In this document: positions 13,571 through 25,163 of the stretch, one piece after another | Position numbering within the stretch: the first letter of the stretch is position 1 | Layout of the letters: each line of letters begins with the position of its first letter | Position numbers and translations under genes: made by a program | Origin: Microbotryum violaceum | Taxonomy: Eukaryota | Length of the DNA: 64,000 bases | Direction: 5' to 3' | Assembly (NCBI GenBank): GCA_001244265.2 | Contig: LN717261.1 | Span: forward strand, 1,813,591-1,877,590 | The notes under the pieces: generated by a model | The model's database searches: none | Seen by the model: only the letters and a program-made list of their open reading frames with translations | Told to the model about the DNA's origin: nothing

Positions 13571-14574
13571 GTTCGTAATTTCAGCATTTCCTGTATCAGG
13601 GGAGGAGCCACAACATTTTGTACTTACTCACTCCTTGGCTTTGTTTCTTGTGCTGCTGCCATGGCCACTTATAGACATCACTGCTCGCGCATCCCTTTCC
13701 AACACGCCTCAGCGCTTCCTCGTCGGTGTCGTGTGCGTCGCCATCAGCAACTTTGCCACTTTGCTAAATGGCACTAAATAAATCTCGAGCCGCTAAACCG
13801 CTAAAGTGCGCAAAATGGCACAAAATGGCACAAAATGGCATTCAATTTGGCACAGTTTAATGAACTTAGCAAAGTTTGATGAAGTTGACACTTAAAATTT
13901 GGAGGAGTGCTGTGGTGAGGTGTACAATGTCAAGACCTTGGTTGCTATTCTTCCTATTACCAACTCTAGGTATCAGTATACCAAGTACTCGACCTGCAAT
14001 AGATACATAAAGACATGATTTGCTCTCGACACATGTTTGCAGTATTGCAAAATATTCTCCTACCAGAACTGAAGCTATACTGATGATTCAATTGAGCACT
14101 CATGACAGGGGCTATTCTGACAGATCCATTTGCGCCGCCCTCCCTTTCCCCTTCCCGCGACTCTGAGGCGTTCTCGGATCACGTAGAATTTTGATGCTAA
14201 ATACCCTCCCAAAGCGATCACAAGTTACAGTCAACTGGTTGTTCCAGATGTCCACAACATTCTGGATATTCCATGCTCGTGTGATCTCCATTTCTCAAAA
14301 TAGCACCTGCCCAAGATCCGATCGTAAAACATCCTCAACCGAGTGTCGTAAATTGCAGTAGTCGCTGTGCGACGACGTAAGAAGGAAATGCGCCTCTTGC
14401 GCCTACGGACAGAGTGGGACTTAGACAAATTTTGGGAGCAAGGCGCGAGTCGCGCCGACTCAACTGGCGCGCGAATCGGGCCTTCGCCAGGGTCGAGTTC
14501 ATTTCTTTGCGCGCGACCGGTTTAGAGCGGTTTAGTCCGGTTTAGCGACGCGCGCGCTTCCACTAAACCGTTGC

Positions 14575-14713
14575 TAAACCGCCTTAAACCGCTCTTAAAC
14601 CGCTCTTAAACCGCTCTTAAACCGCTCTTAAACCGCTCTTAAACCGCTCTTAAACCGCTCTTAAACCGCTCTTAAACCGCTCTTAAACCGCTCTTAAACC
14701 GCTCTTAAACCGC
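14575..14713 (+). repeat. 11-bp tandem array (TTAAACCGCTC)n, about 12 copies
   Basis: Direct inspection; followed by a perfect 32-bp palindrome at 14716-14747. Confidence 0.95.
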
Positions 14714-16344
14714 TTGCGTTAAACCTGCTCGCGAGCAGGTTTAACGCGGTTTAAGCAACGGTTTAAGGTCCCGCGGCGTCCAAACTCGAGCCAGCCATAT
14801 GATGAATCACAGTCAATGCAGTGACAACAGACTTATGATATTCCTCAATACACTCTCATGCATCCTAGACCAACTGAGAATGTTATTCCCATCTTACATT
14901 GCATTTATTTAGAAAAAAGTGGACTTGTGTATATGCTGGCGCGTTGTTTCTGGTTCACGTTCGGTGCTGATAGGTGCTGATTCCCAGCAGTGGGAAGACC
15001 GTCTCGCGCGTCGACGCGCCCGACTGTTCTTGAGCTCGAACAACCACCCCTCAGCATTTCACCACACTTCACTTTTGCACTATTGGAACATTTTCTTCGT
15101 TCACGGAAGGCCCATTCTTAACCTAGGATGCGCACTCGATCGTCTAGCGTTGCTGATTCTTCATCACCTTCGCCTCCAAGATCGCGACGCGATACCCATC
15201 TGAAAGCAAAGCGGACGCGACCCGACGCGACGTCGTCCACACGTCGTTCGCAGCCGACCAAGTGTGAGCTCGCTTTGCTGTGATTCTGCACCTGGGAGGG
15301 TGGGCACTTAAACTCACGTCTTGCCGCTCTACAACTGCTCCCAGAACGGGTACCCTCGAATATACTGCAAGCGAGGCAACGGCCCGTCCCGGCGCGTCAA
15401 AGCAACAGGCCCCCTCGTCGTCCTCATCCTCGGAGGGCGCCCCTTACCCCGTCAAAAGTATGTATCGGTCATCGTACTGGCGTGTATCAAGCAAAGAGCT
15501 GACGGAAACTGGCAACGTGTAAATGCTCATGCGAACCTCCGAAGCCAAGGCCAAGGTTCGCAAGGGGTCTGAGAAGCGACAGAGTCTGAGCTCGTCGCAA
15601 ACCTCGAAGCGGACCAAAACGACTCCGCCGGCCAAAACGTCTTCCCCGACCCTATTGACGAAGTCGTCGAAATCGGAAAACTTTCCCGCAAGGTTAGATT
15701 CCGACGCGCCGCTCTACTTCGAGTTTCTCAAGCAACAACATTATCGCGGTCACCCTAACTAAACACGCTCCGGCGACCGAAAAAGGAAAGCGCAACCCCA
15801 CCTACAACAAGAAGCGCGACAACGCGTTGTTTGAGGTAAAGTCTTGAGTTGCCAACTCGCATGCATCCGACGTCGATCTCTCGGTACGCGTCTTACTTCT
15901 CGTTTGACCTATTGTAGATGATGGAAGGGGTGTACAGCGAGCGCCCGAACATGGCGCATTTCTTTAGCCCCGACGCGAAGGCCCACACCTCGGGCCGGCC
16001 TGTGAAGAGGATTATTATCGAACGCGCAATAGGATGGTGGAAACGGCAATTCTCCAGCTTGAATCAGACGTCTGATCCGGCAAGAGCTGATATAGTCGAA
16101 CACCCGCTGCAGAGAGAAAGCAAAGTACAGGAACCCTCGTGAACAGCTGGGTGAAACCGGTCAAGGTCTCACGTCTCCCGCCAACCTCGAGACGATCAAT
16201 GACCCCGCTCCACATCCAAACACCTCATCAGCCCGTGGCCGGGTCCTCTGCCGGCGTAGTTCTTTGCCCGATTCGCGTAGCGTTGTCCCGCGAGTTCTTC
16301 TTATTTGCGGAGCAACATCTCCAGGTGGTCCCAAAGAGCCTGTA

Positions 16345-16815
16345 TTAGCGGTAGTTCATGCGAAAGTGATCGGTGCGGAACGTCCTCAGCCTGTCAAGAA
16401 CGTCAGACCGGTCGTCGGACACTTCGAATGATTCGGGGCAGAATTGGCAAAGCCAAGGATCAAACAGTGGAGTTTCCGGGATAGAGGAGCCATTTGCTGT
16501 GCCGTTGGTAACATTGGCGGATCGCAGGTCTTCCGACGGTGAGAAAGAGGCTGGAGGCAACGACGCGTCGGAGTCCGTGTCCATCGCGTGCGACAACAAG
16601 TCGGACTCCATCCCCGTATCAATCTCCAGCAGAATGGATTGGTTGAGGGATAAAAGTTCTTGAAGATCCCTCTCCGTTTCTTCGATCTCGACGCGACCAT
16701 CATCACGTTGCCATTGAATAGCGCTTTTGCGGACCATCGTGAGGAGTTGAGAACGATAGTTCGAGTGAGCGCGGATTGACGCGGTGAGAAGTGCCTCTTG
16801 AGATGCATCCATCAA
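16345..16815 (-). CDS. Hypothetical 156-aa protein inside the TIR element, with a C-terminal CxxC motif
   Basis: Open ORF with helical N-terminus and WLCQFCPESF...DHF; no family recognised. Confidence 0.4.
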   Translation of the reverse strand: MMDASQEALLTASIRAHSNYRSQLLTMVRKSAIQWQRDDGRVEIEETERDLQELLSLNQSILLEIDTGMESDLLSHAMDTDSDASLPPASFSPSEDLRSANVTNGTANGSSIPETPLFDPWLCQFCPESFEVSDDRSDVLDRLRTFRTDHFRMNYR

Positions 16816-18741
16816 CTTTGATCAGAGGCAAGCTAAATTGGACGCGCGCGCAGGGCGTTCATTTCAAAATGCCTAAACCGACACTAAACCGCAAGAACAG
16901 AAAACGCGTGATTTTCAGAAATGAACTCGACCCAGGACGTGGGCGCAAGCGCCGTCACGGCCAAGTGACTCGCATTAGGCCACGGCCGCGTGTTGTTTAC
17001 CAAGTCCACGCGCCGTCGCGAGCCTCCTTTTCCTTCCTCCCACTCACTGCCACCGCTCGGGATCCCCATCCCTTGTTCCCTCTTGCCTCCACCATTACCT
17101 TTCATTCTGCCCCTGGCTATCTCCGAGTGAGTTGACCGTATGGCACAGTCATTGAAAGGTATGGCTGAAGCGTTACAAGCCGCCGGCAAAGACACCGCCA
17201 GCGACCGGCGGGACCAAAGCGCGGTCAACCGAACACGAAGCAGACTGAGGCGCACGTCACATCTTGACAACGCTGACCATCTTCGGAGGGGTTCTTGGAA
17301 CTCCGCTGTGGCCACACTTTTAGGGTGATCTTGAAGAGGTTATACTGTTGTCCAGAGCAGGAAATGGCTAGTAAGTATTTGCATTACTGCAGCGAGATTT
17401 CCAGTTCGGCCGGAAGTCAGGCGATCTGTCAAACTCACTGTTGAACGATCTCGTCGCCGTGTTCGCAGCTTGCGCCAAGAGCCAAAAGGTGGCTTCTCTC
17501 AATGCGGCGCAGCCGGACAACCAACCCCTGGCTTTTGGTCTAGTATCTTACGCTTAAAGGTGCGGTGAGTCGAGAGATTTTCCGCGGATATCGTTTTCAT
17601 CCCTGTAACATTCGACCTAACGTTAGTCTACTGGTCCCATCAATAGGCGCGTGTGTCTCTTGAAAAGGTGATGCCCCAATTGCGGAGTTCTCAGGTGAGT
17701 CTCAATCACCAGTTGTTGCGACATACACGAGTTGTTTCCCCGGGGGGGGGGGGTTATGCTTCCGTTTTCAGGTGGCGAAGCAGTGGCCAAAGACTCGCTC
17801 GAGGCAGGCCTGGTACTTAGGCACAGGGCACAGTTGGTGCCAAATGATACGTAAGAGGACTCAGAATAGATTGTTTGGCTGGCAGTAGCCTAGTACTTAG
17901 CACTGTGATCATGAGTGGAATGCAAGCACGTACCAGTACTACCAGGCATCGATCGCTCAAGCGCGCTTATACACATAATAGCACTGAAATCAGGTTGTTG
18001 TTGCAAAAGCACTATAAGTGCACTAAATGGCACGGAAGCCACTAAATGGTACAAAGTGCACTAAATGGCACAAAGTGCACTTACGTGCACTTAACTTAAG
18101 TGCCTTTTAAGTGACATTTAGTGACCCACCGGAGATTATAGAAAGTGCACTAAATTTCACTAAAAGTGCGCTTTTGGCACTAAAGTGTGCTAAATTTCAC
18201 TAAATTTCACTAAAGCGCGAGTGGCAAAGTTGCTGATGGCCCCGGTCTCGGCACCGGAAGCGCCGTTCGCTCGCCCGACCACATCCTAAGAGTCCCGTAC
18301 CATACCTTTCGAACCTATCAATCACCTCTTATTTTCGTCTCCAATTTGACTGCCTACCCCACCTTAGCAAGGTCACCCCAACACGAGGGTCGCTCTCGGA
18401 GTTGAGCCGCGAATGGATGGATGGCGCTCGACTCTTTCTCAACTTCATCCTCAGGTTCGAACTCTCGCGGCCCTTGCTCCTATTCTCCGACGACTTCTGG
18501 CACATCTCTTCTTCGGTACATTCTTGGCCATCTTTTTGGTTCATCTTGATAGCCTCGTCGTCTCGTCCGCAAACGAATCGAAGCCAATGCGCATTTGCCA
18601 ATTCACCATTCCAGACACTGCAGAGGACAAAAAACGACAGAAGAAAAGGGGTGGTTCTTAAAAGGGAATCAGGGAAAGTTGGGCCAAGGCTTCGGGACCC
18701 TCGAGGAGCCGTACACGCCTCTCCTCCTCCCACCGTGAGGC

Positions 18742-20021
18742 TCAGAAAAGCTTGTTCAACACATCGTCCAAGTCACCCTGGGTCCCCTTGCCACCTTGCC
18801 CAACACCCTTGCTGTGACCCTTGACCTTGTCCGCGACGTCAACGAGCTGGCGTTGTCGATACAACCGCTTGCGTCCCTCCTCCCCTTCCCCCACCATAGA
18901 TGCAGGTCCAGATCCAGATGAAACGTCCCCCTCGCCCTCTCCTTTCCTCTTCTTTCCGGCGACTTCCTCCTTCTCCTCTAATGACCCCTGCATCTGTCGT
19001 TTCTCCTTGATCTTTTGGCCCACGCGCGCCTTCTCGACCGCGTCGAGGTAGGCTTCTTGTTCCGTCTTGGAATGTTGTAGGTGGAAGCGCAGAAATGAGG
19101 TTTGAGTTGCTCGTTCGAGGGCTGAAGAGAAGGAAATCGAGAGTGGCGAGGTGAGCAAGGGGCTCTGATTTGTAGGATAAGAGAGCGCACGCACCGACTT
19201 GTTCGGACAACATGTCCCACCTGTATCTGGGCAGGTACTTCATCGTCCACACATCGTCGCGCCAGGGCGTCCCCTTCTTGCCTCCTGCAGTCGTCGTCGA
19301 ATATTCCGTTGTCAAAACAAAGCACGTACCACACTCGACTCGGCGTGACTTGTTACGCACCTATGGTATTGGCATTCAACATCTCGGCGACGGATCGAGC
19401 GACCCGCTTGTCCTCAAACTCGACCCAACCTTCTTTGAAGCGATGCGATTGATGCTTCTCGTGGCCGTTACCATGTTTGTTTTGGCGTTTCTGTGTGGAA
19501 GAAGGTTGGGCTTGTTGAGAATCTACATTCGCATTCGGATTGATTGACGAATCAGAATCTTCTTCCTTTGCCCCTCTCCCGTACTTGCTGGAGAGTCAAA
19601 AAATCCTCCTCGACAACTGACCAATCTTGACCAAATAAATTCTGCCTACGTTCCCATAATTGCTCAACACGTGCTTGACTTTACTGGGCCCCATGCCCGG
19701 GGGTATACGCGAGAGGTAGATCAAGCCTGGGCTGGGACGATTCGAATCGGAGGCGGATTTAGGGAGGAGATGCGAGGGGAGGGGGGCTTGTTTAGGGAAA
19801 GAGTTGGGGGAGGGGGAACGGGGTGTGAGGTTATTGCTGGGGTCTCTGTCTTCGTCGTCGTCATCAGCGGGGAACAGGGCTGCGAATCGGGGATCGTCGG
19901 CAGGGGCGGAGGCGGAAGTGGAGGTCGATGCGATGGGCTGCGATGGCTCCCCCGTTGCCTGCGGAGTAGTTTGAGACTTGGTCTTTCTGTGTTTCTTGGT
20001 TGCAGGTTGCGTTGTCGACAT
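18742..20021 (-). CDS. ESF2: Pre-rRNA-processing protein Esf2/ABT1 (RRM, multi-exon)
   Basis: [88 protein letters not shown]. Confidence 0.95.
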
Positions 20022-21215
20022 TGTGCCGACGTGAACAGTGAAGGGTACGGGCGGGTAGGGACCCAAGCCCGAGCGCCGAAGCTCAGCTGAACCTGGTGCT
20101 ACGGCTGCGACAGGCTGCGACTGGCTGCGAAGCCCGCGCGACTGCTGCAGCTGGGCCTTGCGCCGCCGTGCGCCACTCGCGCTATCTGGCTACACGCGCA
20201 AGCCCTTTCTGCGGGATTTTCCCGCGAGTTTGCTCAAACGCAGGCGGAGCGCGGGATATCCAGGACCTTGAGGGAGTATGGTCTCAGGCGGGAGGGTCCC
20301 CCGTCTGTAAACCAGGCGCGTGACGACCTGGGAATCACGTGCAGACCTTTAGGAGTGCAGGTACCAGGCTTTGCTTGCGGGTTCAATCTCGCGTTATCAT
20401 ATACTACATTTATAGCACCACTTTATCCCTTTGAGAGCATACAGTGAAAGCATCAGAAAGCCTTACAGGATCTATCTCGGCAGGGAGTACCCCCTACTAA
20501 AAGCACTATTAAGAAAAGCCTTATTCAAATTAGAATCAGGAATGAAAATCGAAAAAGACTGAATTTTGGACCCAATGAAGCAGTCCTGTAGGCCTTCTGG
20601 TACCTGACTCAATTACCTGAGCAAGTACCTAGGGGGATCAGATTGGAAGGGTGCCATTTAGGTGACTGCCTCCCGTGTTACCAATTCGAAAATATTCCGG
20701 GCTCACCTCGGGTCCACGATCTCGAATCATGCCGCTAATCCGCTGTGGATGCTGTCAATTGCGACCTCTGATTAGCCTGAACAATCAAGTCATCGGTTGC
20801 GGAGCGGCTGTGGAGGAGCTTGGGACTTATCGGCGCGTTTGGCTGAGTTGCCTATCGAAATTTGGCTCAGAAAAGTACCACCTTGCTGTAGCATGGCAAA
20901 TAAAATCAACCTGTACAATCTGTTTCATTCTTATGCTATTCCTTCGAGCATGTACCCGAGGGAAGACTCTTGCAAAGCCTACTCATTGAGCTACAGCGGT
21001 GAGAAGTCGTTATTTTCGACTTGGAGCTGGCTCGCGCACGGACCCAGAGGGACCGTTCTTCGCGCCGACGTGAATCAGCCAGCCGCGCCTCACCGGTCTC
21101 ACCTTCGGTCCACAACGCCAGTCCACGACGTCGCTACCTCCCTCATAATCCATCATGCCCGTACAAACGTCGACGCCTGTCAAGGGCACACCTTGTCGGT
21201 CTCCATCGATTGAGT

Positions 21216-21990
21216 TCAGAGAGTCGGACAGCTCAACAGCTCCAGTTGAGCGGTGCCTCGAAGCAGCCTTTCCATCTGGTTGTAGTCCTTGATTTTTTGG
21301 GGGTCCAGTCCTTTGCGGCCAAGTAGATTAGCGGTGATGAAAAGCGACCCTCGATATTTTGATCCTTCCAACGGATCCCCAAAGTATCGTCGGTAGATTG
21401 CTACCCCAATGCACCATTGCAAATGAGCCACGCCTGGAACTGTGATTGTAGTCCCTAGTATCGTACAGTCGTCGAAACGGAAACCGGTTTCTACGAAGTG
21501 ACTCGACAAGCATTGAGGTCCCGCCATCACATTTGAGTATCCGTAGAGAGTCGGTGTATTCTTTCTCCGAGAGTCCGAGTTGCATTTGCAGACGGCTGAT
21601 GACTTTCGCTACATCTGCGGTGGATGTATCGGATTCGTCCATCATCTGAAACAAAGTAATGTCGGGTTTTCGAACATCCAGTTGTTCGATTGGCTCTGGT
21701 GTGCACCAAGGATTGTGAAGCGTGAGGCCGAGATGAGGAACTAGTCGAGCAAGCGCTCGATACATCTGGGCGGAAAACCCTGTGGCGAAGGCCTCCTCAG
21801 ACGCTTCAGCGGGCAAAGAAAGGTTTACATCGACCGGAGGTAACAATGCTTGATGCGCATTGTATGCTTGAAGGTCGTACGCGTTGGCCACGTCTCCATT
21901 CTGAATGTGCGCATATCCGAAAGTCCCATGAAGCAGGTCGGAACGTCGATCAAGTTATTCGTCATTGACGTGATTGACGAGATTGATATA
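21216..21990 (-). pseudogene. DUF6589-like putative transposase remnant (possibly Academ/AcademH type)
   Basis: [10 protein letters not shown]...[49 protein letters not shown]...YFGD...SL...LLGRK. Contains a stop and a frameshift and is 5'-truncated. Family assigned from remembered motifs. Confidence 0.65.
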
Positions 21991-22849
21991 ATTGGCCAGC
22001 TGCTCCTTGACCCAGAGCTGAAGGTGTGGTATTCCAGTGATGCCGCGTCACATGTCAACAAGAAGTATGGTGTATTCCAACGTGATTTGACACTTTGCGC
22101 GTTGCCGTTCAATTACATGTGGCAACACTATCGATGCCTCGACAACTTGCGACAGACGGGTGATTACCGAGAATTTTCAATGGCCGCTCGCGATCTGCAA
22201 CTGGAACTGGGCGTCAGTCTTGTCAGCAACATCCAACTGGTCCGCATGCTCCTATTGAAACTGAACAGCGATGTGCTGAACGAGTTGGCGGCAGGGACAA
22301 GCCAATGAGTTTGTAATCAAGTGAAGAAGAGGAGACAAAGATGCGAATCGCGCGCGCAACTAATATAAGGTGGATACGGGCGTAGTGCGGATTTAAGGCA
22401 AGAGTAATTTACTTCAACACTCCCCCTTGCTCTTGGCCTGAAATTCGCCGAAGGCCAATAGCGTCGCAATGACGCTGGAAAATCGCTCGAGGCAGCGGCT
22501 TGGTAAAGATATTGGCCACCATGTCATGGGTAGGGGTCATGGGTAGGGATGTAGGTGACCGAGATCTCTCCATTTCGAACGTGCTCCCGAACAAAGTGCT
22601 CCAACATGCGAAGGTGTTTGGTGCGAGCATGGAAGACCGGGTTCTGGGTGAGCGCAATAGCGCCTTGATTGTCTCCAAGCAGACGAAGGGGCGACGATGT
22701 GTCAAGGCCGAGCTCGGTGAGGAGCGAGCGAAGGAAGACTGCCTCCTTGGCAGCGTGCGAAAGACCCAGATACTCGGCTTCCGTAGACGAACACGCCACT
22801 CGGGGTTGGAGACGGGATGACCACGATAATTGAAAAACAAAAGAAAGTT

Positions 22850-22921
22850 TGGCCGAACTGAGAATTGAACTCAGGTCCACTCTATTAATCAGAGTTGCTC
22901 TGACCGCTGAGCTACTCAACC
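22850..22921 (-). tRNA. 72-nt tRNA-like gene with aberrant anticodon loop (GA-TTA-AT); probably a tRNA-derived Pol III unit rather than a standard tRNA
   Basis: Cloverleaf GGTTGAG/TTCGGCC-A; D arm GCTC-AGCGGTCA-GAGC; anticodon stem ACTCT/AGAGT; T arm CTGAG-TTCAATT-CTCAG; A and B boxes; T-run terminator at 22833-22846. Confidence 0.8.
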
Positions 22922-22975
22922 AGTGGGAATAGATCGATATGACGGTGCACCCGAGTCATACCGGCGGTGGTTCTA

Positions 22976-23108
22976 TCATCTTTCATCTTTCATCTTTCAT
23001 CTTTCATCTTTCATCTTTCATCTTTCATCTTTCATCTTTCATCTTTCATCTTTCATCTTTCATCTTTCATCTTTCATCTTTCATTTTTCATCTTTCATCT
23101 TTCATCTT
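22976..23108 (+). repeat. (TTTCATC)n heptamer array, about 19 copies, in the LINE 5' UTR
   Basis: Direct inspection. Confidence 0.95.
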
Positions 23109-23179
23109 TATCGCACTACCCTACCTCGGCAAACGTCAATACATCGAATACATCAACCGCTACATCAGCTATCGACCCA

Positions 23180-25163
23180 ATGTCCGACCAGGCACCGCCT
23201 GATCCGGGCCGCGGCCCTCCGGAGCCGGCAGCGACGGGGCAACCACGTGGTGACGCGGGGGCGGAGGCCGATGCCGCCGAGGGACCAGGGAACCCCGGCC
23301 TAGCGCTGTACCAGGAAAAGCGTGATGAAGAGAAGAAGAGGAAGGAGGATGTCGCGAGGATCCTGAAGATGATCAGTGTCGAAGATGGCACACGCCAGGG
23401 CACCCGCATCCTTGTGCTCAAAGAAGCACTCCGCTTCGGCAAGGACCGGGCCACCTCCCTGCGCTTTAGCGCACTCAATGCAACGAAACCAATCGCCGAC
23501 ACGTCTGGTGCCGTTCTTGAAGTCACGTTCGAACACACCGGTGTGGCCACTGAACGCGAGAAGTCCGAGTTGTACTCGAAGGTGCTCCGTACCCTGTCGC
23601 CCGACACGTCGTTGTGTTTTAACCTGCCCGCAGGAGTTGTCCTCCCCCCGAGCTCCAGAAATACGCTCCAGTCATCCATGGAGTCGCACCGGAGTCGATC
23701 ATCCAAAACGGCAACACCCGGTTCAAGTTCGTGGTGCGCTGCGCTAGCGCAGCGGCGCTCGACCAAGTCCACGACGCGGCGACCAAGATCGAGTGGAAAC
23801 GTTCCTTTGCCCAAGTCCGCAAGCGCTTGGCGTTCGTCAAGAACGTCGTCGAACTGCGTTTCATCATCAGTCCTGAGGCTGAATACACGAGTGACGACCT
23901 CTGGAGCAAACTGCAAGGCGTCGTCGCCAAGCTTACCGGGGACGGCCACAAATGCGACTTGCTCCAACTCCAGCAGCCTCTAACAGTCGTTCAAGGCTCG
24001 TATCTCGTTGCTCGAGGAAACTACGCGGCCATCGTCCAGTTCGACGACGACGATCTGTTCAAAAACAACGGTGCTCAACTTCGACAGGTTCTACCGACGA
24101 GGATCGACCTTCGAGGACGACTCGCAACTCTCACCCCCTTCGCCACGACTACGAGGCCGAAGCCTCCTGCCGCCGATGCGGTTTTGTAGGCCACTCCGAC
24201 AACTGCGTTCAAAAGCCGGTCCAGCGTCAGCAGGCCGCCCAGAAAAATAACAACAACCAAAGGCCCCAGGCCGAGCCCCAAAGCAGCATCGAGCAAACCT
24301 CGACCCCCAAAAACAACGCAGAGGTGATGTAGCCTCTCCCTCTCCCCCAATGTCCCCTGTCGCGTCCAAGCGTTCAAAGAAGAACGCATCTCCCACAAGG
24401 GCCACTAACAACTCACCACGAGTCTACCCACTCGTTCACAAAGCTCTACACCCACAGCATCCGCCCTCGTGGTTTCATCGTCGCCGCGAACCCATTCGCA
24501 AGTCTGGCCGGCGACGTGGCCGAAGAGGCGCAGGGGGAGCCCGCTCAGGCTCTCGAGGACGACGAGGACGCGATGAGCGTAGTCGAGGCACAGCTGGAAC
24601 CACAGCAGGAGGTGCCGCCGTTGGAGCCTTCGGATCTGTCGGATCTGCAGGACCGCGGAACGGAGGGGAACCAGGAGGAACACACGGAGACGAGTGACGC
24701 GGAAGAAGGGGAATCGCAGTCGGCCGAGACGGGGTCTATGCCTGAGGTTGTCTCGACGACCCCTGAGCTGACGCGGTTCCGATCGGCCAGTCACCATCAG
24801 CTTGATATGGACGGCCTTCCTGACGACTGGATGAATCGTGTGTCGGATCGCGAACGCAAACAGGATGCCGGTCTGTACGATGAGATCACCGAGTTGGACC
24901 GCACCCCGTCTGTGACCGGTTGGATGCCTTCGCCGTCTCCAGGTCCAGTGTGTGATCCCGAGCCCGAGCCCAAGCAGGAGGTGGAAGAAGGAACTTCCCA
25001 GGGTCTTCGCCGGTCCGAGCGTATCCAGCGTCTCACCAGCGTTGCGCGCACATCGGACTGGAACGAATCGACTGCTGCGGACCCTCTCCGCCACCCACAT
25101 TCGGACCTATGTTGTCCATCAAGGGAGCTGCTGCTGCAACGAAGGCGCGATCGTAATGATTGA
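23180..25163 (+). pseudogene. LINE ORF1 (gag-like; zinc knuckle CRRCGFVGHSDNC, acidic low-complexity tail), frameshifted
   Basis: ATG at 23180; pieces lie in several frames; the last stop at 25163 overlaps the ORF2 ATG at 25156. Confidence 0.75.

Larger units (their letters stand above)
13742..18238. mobile_element. 4.5-kb TIR DNA element (CATCAGCAACTTTGCCACT termini, probable 2-bp TSD GC); no recognisable transposase
   Basis: 13740-13760 and 18220-18240 are perfect 21-bp inverted copies; CACTAAA/GGCACAAA subterminal repeats at both ends. Confidence 0.85.

Noticed and set aside
14575-14713. Repeat arrays (also 688-762 and 22976-23108) as CRISPR or telomeric repeats
   Set aside because: No spacers, no cas genes, eukaryotic context, and not TTAGGG-like
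15321-15572. His-Me/HNH homing-endonuclease resemblance (NGYPRI...GRPLP)
   Set aside because: The catalytic His/Cys motifs were not found; similarity too weak
22040-22112. Minus-strand [12 protein letters not shown] resembling the hAT TRWNSTY motif
   Set aside because: It is the antisense of Gypsy-A gag, which aligns with Gypsy-B gag on the plus strand
22923-23202. ORFs encoding FHLSSFI repeats
   Set aside because: Translation artefacts of the heptamer array
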